In this document: piece by piece, positions 53,901 to 63,912 of the stretch
Layout of the letters: every line of letters begins with the position of its first letter
How positions within the stretch are numbered: the stretch's first letter is position 1
Assembly: GCA_950097015.1 (NCBI GenBank)
Contig: CATNEN010000025.1
Span: 3,720,001 to 3,784,000 of the forward strand
Origin: Macrostomum hystrix
Taxonomy: Eukaryota; Animalia; Platyhelminthes
DNA length: 64,000 nt
Direction: 5' to 3'
Position numbers and translations under genes: made by a program
The notes under the pieces: model-generated
Database searches by the model: none
What the model saw: only the letters and a program-made list of their open reading frames with translations
What the model was told of the DNA's origin: nothing

Positions 53901-56900
53901 CACTGGTCTTCGCCAGGCTCGGATACAGTTTCAATCAGGCGCTGTGTGAGATCGCCTAGGCGGGCCATGCTGAGTGGCTGGCCAAGAGCTCTAAACACCT
54001 GCATTTTAAATAAGACAATTAGATCATTACCTTGACCAATATTCAGAAAATCGAGATAAAGATCCTTAGGGTTAGGGGTTAGACTGAATTTGCCCTGAAG
54101 GTGAGACTGAATCAATCTGAATGTAAGGCTAAACGGGACCTGAAGGTAAATCTAAATGGGACCTGAAGGTGAGGCTAAACAGGACCTGAAGGTGCAGGCT
54201 AAACAGGACCTGAAGGTGCAGGCTAAACAGGACCTGAAGGTGTAGGCTAAACAGGACAGGACCTGAAGGTGACAGGTGAGGCTGCATAGAACCGGATCAT
54301 TCAGGTTAGGCTAAACGGGACCTGAAGGTGAATCTAAATGGGACCTAAAGAGGCTGGTTCATAAACGCTGCTCACCTGAAGCGACCTCCCAGCGTAGTGC
54401 CGACTGGCGCAGGACAGCCCGGCCACCAGCGCGTAGTCGGCCCAGTCCACAGACTCGCCCAGGGTGCTGCCTAACAGTTGAACCAATTCGGCCAGGCTAT
54501 AAGCGGATGCTGAGGCGCCGATTCCGCCGCTGGGCCCCGAGGGCGCATTGGAGCTGGCCACCACGCCAGCCACTGAGCAGGCGCAGGCCCTGGACTGTAG
54601 GTAGGCGTCGTCTCTCAGAAACAGCGGCTTGGAGGGCTCCCTGGTGAGCAAATCAGTCAACTGCCTGGCTCCGCCGCCTTCAACTAAATAGGCGGACACT
54701 CGCTGATCGGGCTGACTCTGGTCCGGCGTCAGGGTTGTTAGCGAGGGCGACGCCTAGGAACAGGAGGACAAATGAGGTTGGAGTCAGGGTATGAAGCGGA
54801 ATAATTCACTCCAGAATTATTTAGAAAATGTTTTCGATTATTAAATCATTCTATTTTTAGATTTTCATTTCGGGATTTTGAATTCTGGTTACTAAAGTTA
54901 GATTCGGCTTCTTAAAATCAGATTCGCGATCCTGATCCTCATATTAGGGATCCTGATCCTCAGATTAGGGATCCTGATCCTCAGATTCGCGATCCTGATC
55001 CTCATATTAGGGATCCTGATCCTCAGATTAGGGATCCTGATCCTCATATTCGCGATCCTGATCCTCAGATTCGGGATCCTGATCCTCAGATTCGGGGTTC
55101 TAATCATTGAATTAGGGGTTCTAATCATTTGATTCATGGTTCTAATCATTTGATTCATGGTTCTAATCATTTGATTCATGGTTCTAATCATTGGATTCGA
55201 CGTTCTAATCATTGGATTCGACGTTCTAATCATTGGATTCGACGTTCTAATCATTGAATTAAGGGTTCTAATCATTGAATTAAGGGTTCTAATCATTGAA
55301 TTAAGGGTTCTAATCATTTGATTCATGGTTCTAATCATTGAATTTGGGGTTCTAATCCTTGGATTCGAGGTTCTAATCATTGAATTAGGGGTTCTAATCA
55401 TTGAATTAGGGGTTCTAATCATTGAAATCGGGGTTCTAATCATTGGATTCGGGGTTCTAATCATTGAATTCGGGGTTCTAATCATTTGATTCATGGTTCT
55501 AATCATTGAACTCATTGTTCTAATCATTGGATTCGATGTTCTAATAATTGAATTCGGGGTTCTAATCATTTGATTCATGGTTCTAATCATTGAATTTGGG
55601 GTTCTAATCATTGAACTCGGGGTTCTAATCATTGAACTCGGGGTTCTAATCATTGAACTCGGGGTTCTAATCATTGAACTCGGGGTTCTAATCATTGGAT
55701 TCGAGGTTCTAATCATTGAATTCGGGGTTCTAATCATTGAATTATTGGTTCTAATCATTGAATTAGGGGTTCTAATCATTGAATTTGGGGTTCTAATCAT
55801 TGAACTCGGGGTTCTAATCATTGGATTCGATGTTCTAATAATTGAATTCGGGGTTCTAATCCTTGGATTGGAGGTTCTAATTCTTGGGTGATTTTATGAT
55901 GAGATTTCGGTTTCTTATTGAGCTCACCTTAATTGCTACCTCGCCAACCGGGGAGCCTCGCAAGCTCAGCAGAGCGTGCCTGAACACGTCCGAGGCCGGA
56001 TAGAGCACAGTGCACAGCTGCAGCAGGACTAGGCGGGCCTCCAGATGCACACGCGGCTTCCCGTGATCCATGGCTAGCACGCAGGCGTGCAGCAGGGTTG
56101 GAAGGCGCTTCAATTCCACCCGGCTGGGGCCTGAATAGCCGCGCCAGTCCACATCGGGCCTGTCCTGTACCAGGTCGCCTGGAGGTGGGGAATCGTTTGG
56201 ATCAAGTAGTAACGATCGATAATTGAGCCACCGATAGGGATCGGGATGTGAGTAGTTTGGGATCGGGATGCGAGTAGTTGGGTTCGGGATGTGAGTAGTT
56301 AGGGATCGGGATGTGAGTAGTTAGGGATCGGGATGCGAGTAGTTAGGGATCGGGATGTGAGTAGTTTGGGATCGGGATGTGAGTAGTTGGGATCGGGATG
56401 CGAGTAGTTGGGATCGGGATGCGAGTAGTTAGGGATCGGGATGTGAGTAGTTAGGGATCGGGATGTGAGTAGTTAGGGATCGGGATGCGAGTAGTTAGGG
56501 ATCGGGATGTGAGTAGTTAGGGATCGGGATGTGAGTAGTTAGGGATCGGGATGTGAGTAGTTAGGGATCGGGATGTGAGTAGTTAGGGATCGGGATGTGA
56601 GTAGTTAGGGATCGGAATGTGAGTAGTTGGGATCGGGATGTGAGTAGTTAGGGATCGGGATGCGAGTAGTTGGGATCGGGATGTGAGTAGTTAGGGATCG
56701 GGATGTGAGTAGTTAGGGATCGGGATGTGAGTAGTTAGGGATCGGGATGTGAGTAGTTAGGGATCGGGATGTGAGTAGTTAGGGATCGGGATGTGAGTAG
56801 TTGGGATCGGGATGTGAGTAGTTAGGGATCGGGATGTGAGTAGTTAGGGATCGGGATGTGAGTAGTTGGGATCGGGATGTGAGTAGTTAGGGATCGGGAT

Positions 56901-59900
56901 GCGAGTAGTTAGGGATCGGGATGTGAGTAGTTGGGATCGGGATGCGAGTAGTTGGGATCGGGATGCGAGTAGTTAGGGATCGAGATGTGAGTAGTTAGGG
57001 ATCGGGATGTGAGTAGTTAGGGATCGGGATGCGAGTAGTTAGGGATCGGGATGTGAGTAGTTAGGGATCGGGATGTGAGTAGTTAGGGATCGGGATGTGA
57101 GTAGTTAGGGATCGGGATGTGAGTAGTTAGGGATCGAGATGTGAGTAGTTGGGATCGGGATGTGAGTAGTTAGGGATCGGGATGCGAGTAGTTAGGGATC
57201 GGGATGTGAGTAGTTAGGGATCGGGATGTGAGTAGTTAGGGATCGGGATGTGAGTAGTTAGGGATCGGGATGTGAGTAGTTAGGGATCGGGATGCGAGTA
57301 GTTAGGGATCGGGATGTGAGTAGTTAGGGATCGGGATGTGAGTAGTTAGGGATCGGGATGTGAGTAGTTAGCGATCGAGATGTGAGTAGTTGGGATCGGG
57401 ATGCGAGTAGTTAGGGATCGGGATGTGAGTAGTTAGGGATCGGGATGTGAGTAGTTAGGGATCGGGATGTGAGTAGTTAGGGATCGGGATGTGAGTAGTT
57501 AGGGATCGGGATGTGAGTAGTTAGGGATCGGGATGTGAGTAGTTAGGGATAGGGATGTGAGAAGTTGAGATCTGGATGTGAGTAGTTGAGATCTGGATGT
57601 GAGTAGTTGAGATCTGGATGTGAGTAGCTAGGATTGAGATAAGTTTTTAGTCTCACCAGTCAACAGAAGCGCCACGGAGCAATGAAAAAACTGCTCAGCG
57701 CTCAGCACTTCCTCCTGAGTCAAGTAGCGATCTAAGTTAGCGAAATGACCGCCGTAGGGTGGCATGTCCAGCGGCTTGGGGGCTGGACAGGCTCGCAGCG
57801 TGGCGTACTTGTCCGACCAGATCTGCTGTCCGACCGGGCCCCTGTCCGAGTATTTGATGTACGGCCGACTGGGCAGGCGCTCCACCGACCAGCTGCCGCG
57901 ATCGTCCAGGCAGCGCAGCTCGGCTAGCAGCTCGTCAACGGTGCTGCGAGGCTCCTTGCGCAGCGCGTAGACTGCTATGCGGCGAGCCGTTGGCAACAGC
58001 GCGTCCGGGGATAGACTGGTCACTGCCAGGATGTACCGAATAATGGTCTGTGGGGTGGGCGCACAAGGCGATACAGGTTAGCCTCAATAGGCTAATTACG
58101 AATTAAGACCTAGCCTCAAAAGGGATCTGAAATCCCAAACCGGGAAAATTAAGTACGTCTCGGATTGCATTGGATTCAGATTCAGAGACTTTGCATTCCG
58201 ATCCTCAGATTCAAGATCCTAATCCTCAGATTTGGGATTCCGATTCTTAAATTAGGGATTCTGATTTTAGGATTGATCCCCTGATTTGGGATTCCGATCT
58301 TTCCATTGATTCTCAGAATTGGGTTTATTCAAGATCAGATTCGGGATTCTGATCCTCAGATTTAGGATCCTGATCCTCTGATTCGGGATTTTAATCCTCA
58401 GATTAAGGATCCTGATCCTCTGATTCGGGATTTTAATCCTCAGATTAAGGATCCTGATCCTCAGATTCGGGATTTGAATCCTCAGATTAAGGATCCTGAT
58501 CCTCTGATTCGGGATTTCGATCCTCAGATTTAGGATCCTGATCCTCTGATTCGGGATTTCGATCCTCAGATTTAGGATCCTGATCCTCTGATTCGGGATT
58601 TTGATTCTCAGATTTGATTCTCGGAGCTTTCGCCAGCTGAATTAGGGTTTTTAATGAGAATTAATGAAAATGTAGGTTCTACATATTATAAACGCTTAAA
58701 TACGGAAGAACCAACAGATTGTAAATAGCCTTTTAGACCGATGTCGCACCTTTAAATTGGAGTGATCTGAGCTACTCCGCACCAGACCCTGCCAGATGGC
58801 CTCCAGCTCGTAGGGGAACAGGTCGCCAATCTGATGCGTCAGCACCAGCAGATTGTTCAGAATCATTTCGGAGGCTTCAATGGAACCGTAGCCGCCGGAC
58901 GTGGCGGGCAGGGCGTCGCGATCCAGACTGAGCTCGATGGGCCTCAGCCAGGGCAGCAGTAGGCGAAAGATGATCTGTTTCAGTGGCGGCCGCGCCTCCT
59001 CGCAGCGTCTGGTGAGCTCGGAGAACACGCTCATTGTGAGGTCCTGCGCGTGCAGGACGGCGAATTCGGCGCTCAAGGCCTCCGCGCGCAGGCACGGAAT
59101 GCGGCTGGAGATGAAGGGGAAGCGGGAAAATTGGATTTGAGCTGGTACAAGACTGAATGCAGCTGAAGAATTTCCATCATATAGTGAGCTCATATTGAAT
59201 CGCAGCCAAACGCACTGGTGTCAGCATTATCCGGTTTAAATTTGGGTTGCTGTAGCTACGGATTCGTACACAGGCACAAATATTATAGATAATAATTTAA
59301 GCTAGAGGGCTGCGGGCAATGGTACATCATTGTTGACCGAAGGCCTGCAGTCAGCGAGGAGGCAATTCTGCCCTATTTCGCTGACTCCTGAGCACATAAT
59401 CACACAGGTGTGTACATCTGCCCTGACTTTCTCATCGTCAGGCAGTGTACACTATCAGTGCACCTTGGAGGTTGGCCCTCAAGGGCGTAAATTGCGCGAC
59501 AAGCCCCCAAGCCTTCTCTCTCCGATCTCTCTTTGGATCTTCACCAAACACTCTCTAGAATCTGGCTTATCTGACTTATTGGATTAAGAGCCGAATTCCT
59601 AGGGCACATAGCTTGTGCAACTCACCGATAGAAAGCCTCCCGTTCGTTAGAAGCGTCCTTGCCCTCCAGGTAGAACCGGTGATAGAGCAGCTGGAACAGG
59701 TGGCTAGCTTGTTGGGCGGCGCCAGGATCTGGCAGGCCGGAGAACAGCAGGGCCAGGCAGAGCATGACGGTGTCGTAGCAGGGAAAGTCCGGCTGCGCGG
59801 TGAAGACGCTCAGGATGACGCGGATGTAGGCGGGCGTGCCAACTGGGGCTGTGTAGCAGCGGTGCACGAGCCAGTCCAGTAGGTCACGCACGTCCTGCTC

Positions 59901-62900
59901 AGAGTCGTGAGCGAGCAGCAGCAGCAGCAGCTGGCAGACGGTGTCCTGAGCGAGTTGGGCAGCCGGCCGGCAGGCCAGGAGGCCATCCAGCCAGGCTGTC
60001 AGGCGGGGCAGGCGAATGTCGCCGATGCCGAGTTCTCCGGTGCGGGGGTCCCGCTCGAGTCCGGGTCCGGAGGCGAGCAGGGCCAGCAGGCAGCGGACGG
60101 TGGCAAGATTGGCTTCAACCAGGGTTGAATCAGCCGCAACTGGCAGCGGAGCCGACGGCGAAGACAGCGACAAGGAAGACGACTGTGGCAAAGGCTGCGC
60201 CTGCGGCGGCTGCGCTGTTGGCATCGAAGACGACGACGACGAAGACAGGGGCGGCAACGGCGGCGGCGGAGAATGAGAAGCCGCAGCCAAAGCAGCCGCG
60301 GCGGCTGCAGCGGCGGCGGCCGAAGCAGCTGCAACAGCGGCGGCGGCGGCAGCCTCTCCGCTGCACATCGGCGCCATCAGCGGACTGAGCGATGAAGGCA
60401 GCCAGGTGGAGACAGTGCGGAATAGGTCAACGCGAAGCTGCTGGCCGCCGGGTCCTAGCAGGCGAGCGCGGGCCTCCTGGTCGGCCGGGCCGATCAGATT
60501 GGCCAGGAAGTCACACAGGTGGCGCCGAAGCTCCAGAGCTTCCTAGAATAGCGATTCACGAAGTTACAGTGAGATAGTTGATTACGAGGAATGAGCGCTG
60601 ACCTACCCCGGTACAAGGTACTAATCCTTCGGAGAATATTTAGAAAATCCACAAGAGGCTAATCCAAATGATAAAAAATCACCTGAGAGTCGTCCTTCTC
60701 CAGAATCTGCCGCACGCCCTCAATAAAGTCCAGCAGCGGACCAATGAGAGAGCCGTGTGCGGTGCGGGCTCCGGACTCGGCCAATCGCAGGCAGCCAGTG
60801 CGTGCAGCCAAATCCAGCAGCCGCAGTAGGCAGGACTTGAGTGTGTCGCGCCGTTTCTTACGCCTGACCTTGTCGGACTTGTCGCAGGCCTCCCGCATCA
60901 GGGGCACCAATTCGTCTAGGCATTCGCGAAATCCCTTAGCATTCATGCGGCCCAGGCCACCAATGACAGTAGTTTTCAGATCGGTCAGATCGCATTTAAG
61001 CAGAGGAACTAGCAGCTTAACTAGATCTCTGGTGCCTCGCTTGTCCTGCCTAGCAGCTGGCCTAACGACGGCGGAAGCTGCGGCGGAATCGTCCGGACAG
61101 AGGGTACAGCAGAGTACAACATAGTTCTGCCACAGGTGAATGTACTGCTCCCGATCGGCACCAGGTGGCCGGCTGCCCGAGCGGAGCAGGCTGGAGGCAC
61201 GTTGGCTCTGCGGCGAGTTGGGATCAACGTACTGAAACACTAGGGACAGGCGATCGAAGCCGTACGACCAGGCGGCGCGCAGGGAATATAGAGAGCCAAA
61301 CGGCTGCTCAAGAAGGAAACCGGTGAGGATTCGAACCCACGGATCGTCAATGAGTACGGGTTGCTCCGGGCCCGGATACCAGACTAAGTCGGTGCGTTGC
61401 CCTTCGAGACAGCTGATAAAATCGTGCGCGGTGATGGAGGGCCGGTCCTGGCGGACGGCCACCCTGTATTCCTCTTCCAGGCGAAGGCCGGCCAGATATT
61501 TTTCAAACTGATCCAGTAGATTTGGCTCCTGATGATGCTGGCTTAGGAGGCTGCGAGCCGCTTTCAGGATGGCTACGCCAAGCTTGCGAGGCGACGGCTT
61601 CAGTTGCTGGGCCTGCGACTGGTCCAGGCTGTTCGGGGTTATGGCATTGGTGGCGCTGATAATGCACTTTAGGCACAAATAAGCAACCGAATTCGGTTCA
61701 GATAACTACCTGATCTACCCTCACAGAAAACTGATCTACCCTCACAGAAACCTGATCTAGCCTCACAGAAACCTGATCTAGCCTCACAGAAACCTGATCT
61801 ACCCTCACAGAAACCTGATCTAGCCTCACAGAAACCTGATCTACCCTCACAGAAACCTGATCTACCCTCACAGAAACCTGATCTACCCTCACAGAAACCT
61901 GATCTAGCCTCATAGCTACCTGATCTAGCCACATAGCTGCCTCATAGAAACCTGATCTAGCCTCATAGCCACTTGATCTAGTCTCCCATAGCAACCTGAT
62001 CTAGTCTTCCATAGCAACCTGATCTAGTCTCCCATAGTAACCTGATCAGTCTCCCATAGCAACCTGATCTAGTCTCCCATAGCAACCTGATCTAGTCTTC
62101 GATAGCAACCTGATCTAGTCTTCGATAGCAACCTGATCTAGTCTTCGATAGCAACCTGATCTAGTCTTCGATAGCAACCTGATCTAGTCTTCGATAGCAA
62201 CCTGATCTAGTCTTCGATAGCAACCTGATCTAGTATTCGATAGCAACCTGATCTTATCAATTATAGCAACCTGATCTAGTCTTCGATAGCAACCTGATCT
62301 AGTCTTCGATAGCAACCTGATCTAGTCTCCCATAGCAACCTGATCTAGTCTCCCATAGCAACCTGATCTAGTCTTCCATAGCAACCTGATCTAGTCTCCC
62401 ATAGCAACCTGATCTAGTCTTCCATAGCAACCTGATCTAGTCTCCTAGACCTAGATCTAGTCTCCCATAGCAACCTGATCTTGTCAATTATAGCAACCTG
62501 ATCTAGTCAATTATAGCAACCTGATCTAGTCTCCTAGACCTAGATCTAGTCTAGCAGCAGGCTAGCTGTATCACTCACCGCGGCTGACACATTGCAATCA
62601 GGGCCAATCCTTCGGTTTTGTGCAGCGCCTTGATCTGGTCCTCATTCAGGGCTGTCGGGCCGCCGCTAGCCTTCTCCCAGTGCTGCAGCAGTTTGGCAAG
62701 CGACAGCAGGGCGCTGTCAAACAGATCCGGCAAGCTGTCGGCCAGCTCTCGTCGAACAAAATCGATGAGGCCTCGCACTACCGGGGCGCGCCAGTCGGCA
62801 AAGTCGTGCACCAGAGTCTGCAAAGCCGCCTGAACCATCTGCTTCACCTCGGCGTCAATGTGAATTAGTAGGCGGGTGAGGAATTCGACAAGCTCCGACT

Positions 62901-63015
62901 GGCGCATGTCCTCTCTATTGGGCAATAGGCGCGGAATAGCCGACAGGCAGGTCTTGAGCAGGTCCAGCTTCTGCTTCCGCTCCTCTGCAGTCTTGGCCTG
63001 CTCGTCTGCGTCAAC
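41963..63015 (-). CDS. fry: Protein furry (FRY/Tao3/Mor2 family), 5'-partial. Exons, high to low: 63015..62579, ~61628(or 61655)..60683, 60542..59626, 59104..58750, 58047..57657, 56178..55928, 54753..54376, 53998..53324, 53244..53136, 52630..52068, 51289..50750, 45244..45157, 44288..43888, 43217..42813, 42358..41963
   Basis: Furry-like segments recognised in order: ERKQKLDLLKTCLSAIPRLLP, DPWV...YIHLWQNYVVLC, LPTLLHACVLAMDH, SRHYAGRSLQ|VFRAL, WWISVCLLESD, ILKHLVFKSAS, LPKSPS|VIFS, LNWGV, QLKLARGLNRLCLQ. All junctions are GT-AG with matching phases. The acceptor of the second listed exon is ambiguous. Confidence 0.92.
42470..42580. repeat. Dispersed repeat copy with short internal inverted repeats
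   Basis: TCAGCGAAATTGGG ... CCCATTCCGCTGA followed by CTCCTGAGCACACACAGGTGTGTACATCTGCCC. Confidence 0.6.
43280..43650. repeat. Degenerate ~22-bp minisatellite (GAGGATTCTGAAATCCCATTTT); same family also at 42690..42780
   Basis: The motif is present on both sides of furry exon 42813..43217. Confidence 0.8.
44325..44635. repeat. 31-bp intronic minisatellite (CCCACATGGGTAGAATGGGATAAAGAACGAT)
   Basis: About 9-10 units; degenerate remnants continue past the SINE at 44935-45000. Confidence 0.93.
44637..44931 (-). mobile_element. tRNA-derived CORE-like SINE with 10-bp TSD (furry intron)
   Basis: Full-length copy flanked by direct repeat GGATATGGAA (44627-36 and 44932-41). Confidence 0.85.
45825..46495. 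repeat. 26-27-bp minisatellite (CTGAACTTAGACACCTGAACTATTCCC) with 240-bp higher-order repeat
   Basis: Lines 45901-46140 and 46141-46380 are identical. Confidence 0.95.
46960..48852. repeat. 55-bp satellite (GCTAGATCTCCAGATCCCCAACAGACATGGGGAATCCCAAGATTCATCTCGGGGT), ~34 copies
   Basis: Period of 55 checked; each unit has a TCCCCA/TGGGGA stem. Confidence 0.97.
50079..50434. mobile_element. hAT-superfamily MITE with internal minisatellite
   Basis: TIRs (T/C)AGGGGTCGGCAAACT and AGTTTGCCGACCCCTG, with a perfect 8-bp TSD CTTTAGCC at 50071-78 and 50435-42. Confidence 0.92.
51678..51900. repeat. Foldback (MITE-like) element with ~28-bp imperfect inverted arms
   Basis: TCGAGATGTTCAACAATTCTCGTCGGGG versus the reverse complement of CTTCGACAAGAATCGCTGAATATCTCGA; the mismatches are transitions. 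An outer CAGCATC/GATGCTG pair is also present. Confidence 0.5.
51931..52024 (+). repeat. Dispersed repeat, copy 2 (copy 1 at 10315..10400)
   Basis: Direct sequence match as described for copy 1. Confidence 0.7.
52735..52960. repeat. Degenerate ~22-bp minisatellite (GGGATTGGTGGGAGATTAGCCA)
   Basis: About 8-10 units in a furry intron. Confidence 0.8.
54120..54350. repeat. 24-bp minisatellite (AAACAGGACCTGAAGGTGCAGGCT)
   Basis: About 7-9 units filling a short furry intron. Confidence 0.85.
54900..55885. repeat. Two abutting 21-bp minisatellites (GGATCCTGATCCTCAGATTAG to ~55095, then GGGTTCTAATCATTGAACTCG)
   Basis: 7-aa periodic pseudo-ORF (RIRIPNL then MIRTPSS) across the junction. Confidence 0.93.
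56235..57628. repeat. 22-bp G-rich minisatellite (TTAGGGATCGGGATGTGAGTAG), ~63 copies
   Basis: Fills the furry intron between 56178 and 57657. Confidence 0.97.
58195..58620. repeat. 21-bp GGATCCTGATCCTCAGATT family minisatellite
   Basis: Same family as 54900..55095. Confidence 0.85.
59345..59490. repeat. Dispersed hairpin-containing repeat (related segments at 4855-4975, 42470-42580, 63190-63240)
   Basis: Shared strings GCTGACTCCTGAGCAC..CACACAGGTGTGTACATCTGCCC and TCAGGCAGTGTACACT..TGCACCTTGG..TTGGCC. Confidence 0.65.
61705..62550. repeat. Compound minisatellite: 21-bp CCTGATCTACCCTCACAGAAA grading into 23-bp GCAACCTGATCTAGTCTTCGATA
   Basis: Shared CCTGATCTA core; fills nearly the whole intron. 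Confidence 0.93.
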
Positions 63016-63064
63016 CTGAATTCCAGATTATTTTTATATGCGAATGAGCTCAGAATTGAATAAT

Positions 63065-63240
63065 TGTGCAGCCAATGCATCATCTGCAGCTTTTGCGCGG
63101 CGCGTCCAAGGGCTGTGTACAGCTGTTCAGTCCATGGACTGAGAGGGTGGGGTTGCCACAATGCTGGAAACAATTTACAACCGGTTCTGCTGATCCCAGA
63201 GCACACACACACGCGCACACAGGTGTGTACATTTACCCTT
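63065..63240 (-). mobile_element. Partial/chimeric repeat: SINE 3' region joined to the CACACAGGTGTGTACAT repeat family
   Basis: 63065-63145 aligns by eye to the SINE 3' part (GTGCAGCC...TTCAGTCCATGGACT). 63190-63240 aligns to 42535-42575 and 59380-59425. Confidence 0.55.
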
Positions 63241-63249
63241 TGTTTATTA

Positions 63250-63912
63250 CTTCTGCGAGCAATTTGGCTTCCAGCAATGACTGCGAGCAATTTGGCTTCC
63301 AGCAATGACTGCCAGCAATTTGGCTTCCAGCAATGACTGCCAGCAATTTGGCTTCCAGCAATGACTGCGAGCAATTTGGCTTCCAGCAATGACTGCGAGC
63401 AATTTGGCTTCCAGCAATGACTGCGAGCAATTTGGCTTCCAGCAATGACTGCGAGCAATTTGGCTTCCAGCAATGACTGCGAGCAATTTGGCTTCCAGCA
63501 ATGACTGCGAGCAATTTGGCTTCCAGCAATGACTGCGAGCAATTTGGCTTCCAGCAATGACTGCGAGCAATTTGGCTTCCAGCAATGACTGCGAGCAATT
63601 TGGCTTCCAGCAATGACTGCGAGCAATTTGGCTTCCAGCAATGACTGCGAGCAATTTGGCTTCCAGCAATGACTGCGAGCAATTTGGCTTCCAGCAATGA
63701 CTGCGAGCAATTTGGCTTCCAGCAATGACTGCGAGCAATTTGGCTTCCAGCAATGACTGCGAGCAATTTGGCTTCCAGCAATGACTGCAAGCAATTTGGC
63801 TTCCAGCAATGACTGCAAGCAATTTGGCTTCCAGCAATGACTGCGAGCAATTTGGCTTCCAGCAATGACTGCGAGCAATTTGGCTTCCAGCAATGACTGC
63901 GAGCAATTTGCT
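63250..63912. repeat. 28-bp minisatellite (CTGCGAGCAATTTGGCTTCCAGCAATGA), ~24 copies
   Basis: Near-identical units giving 28-aa periodic pseudo-ORFs. Confidence 0.96.

Noticed and set aside
54898-55891. 307-aa MIRTP ORF and similar ORFs at 13226, 22571 (3' part), 33271, 43798 (5' part), 61669 and 62865-63989
   Set aside because: They lie inside introns of reconstructed genes and mirror the repeat period.
59420-59455. Hammerhead ribozyme on the minus strand (CTGACGA...GAAA; CTGATGA at the 4860 copy)
   Set aside because: Only 3 nt separate CTGACGA and GAAA and there is no stem III; the sequence folds better as a simple long hairpin.
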